Assembly: GCF_001194135.2 (NCBI RefSeq)
Contig: NC_068990.1
Coordinates: 35,039,533-35,103,532, forward strand
Direction of reading: 5' to 3'
Origin: Octopus bimaculoides
Lineage: Eukaryota
DNA: 64,000 nucleotides
Of the stretch, positions 63,178-64,000 are shown piece by piece (position 1 is the first letter of the stretch; every line of letters begins with the position of its first letter). The translations under genes were made by a program, and so were the position numbers. Below the pieces are notes generated by a model, which saw only the letters and a program-made list of their open reading frames with translations, did no database searches and was not told the DNA's origin.

Positions 63178-63439
63178 TATCATAATATTACAAACATTTC
63201 TTGAGGAGAGTAGGAATAAAATTACTATTTAGATGATAAATATTAATGATATTCAAGGGACTATTTAAATATGGTAAATTGCATGCTACGCTATCTACAG
63301 CGTGGCTGCAATCACTCTGAAGAAGCACCAAGATGCAGTGTGCAGTGCACGCGCTCATAAAATATATCAATATGTTAAATCTCAGGTCTAATTATTGTGA
63401 CACAGTGTGACTAGGTTGAACCATTAATGCGAAAGTACA

Positions 63440-63598
<159 letters not shown>

Positions 63599-63929
63599 CG
63601 TTATTAATAAATAATTTACTTAGCGATCATGAAAGGCTAAAGGCAAAGTTGATCACTACTGTATTTAAAATAATAGAGCAGACAACTGGGTCAAATATCT
63701 TAAGGCATTTATCTAAATTACTAGGGACTATACAAAAGAGTTTTACATACATATATACATACATAAATGCATGCATGCATACAGGCATACACACATACAT
63801 ACGAATATAAATACGTAAATACATACACACATACATACACGCATGCGTCCATGTACATGGCTCGGTGTCTAGGTATTCTTCTTTAAGCCTACATGCGATT
63901 AAATATAATGGATGACATATCTCTTTCTC

Positions 63930-63960
<31 letters not shown>

Positions 63961-64000
63961 CCCTCTCTCTCTCCCTCACTCTGTATATATATATATATAT

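Overview
This is AT-rich, microsatellite-dense eukaryotic genomic DNA from a gapped short-read assembly, with about 7.5 kb of N in 18 runs (approximate hand count). The SINE families and repeat landscape look like an octopus genome, which is inference from recalled SINE sequences and not a database search. I found no confidently identifiable protein-coding gene, rRNA, tRNA or CRISPR, so the window reads as intergenic or deep intronic. Its content is decayed mobile DNA: several mariner/pogo transposase relics, at least three lineages of R4/Dong-like restriction-endonuclease (RLE) non-LTR retrotransposons, one CRE-like RLE element, three Penelope-like (PLE) relics, three tRNA-derived SINE families and a MITE-like foldback. 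The most notable item is a well-folding type I hammerhead ribozyme candidate on the minus strand (51547-51629), with several decayed hammerhead-like relatives, one sitting just after a Penelope ORF stop. A head-to-tail stack of R4/Dong-like 3' ends separated by (TAA)n suggests microsatellite targeting. A few GC-richer islands with splice-like signals could be exons, but none could be assigned. I see no convincing evidence of a wholly new biological system. All alignments, folds and translations were done by eye.
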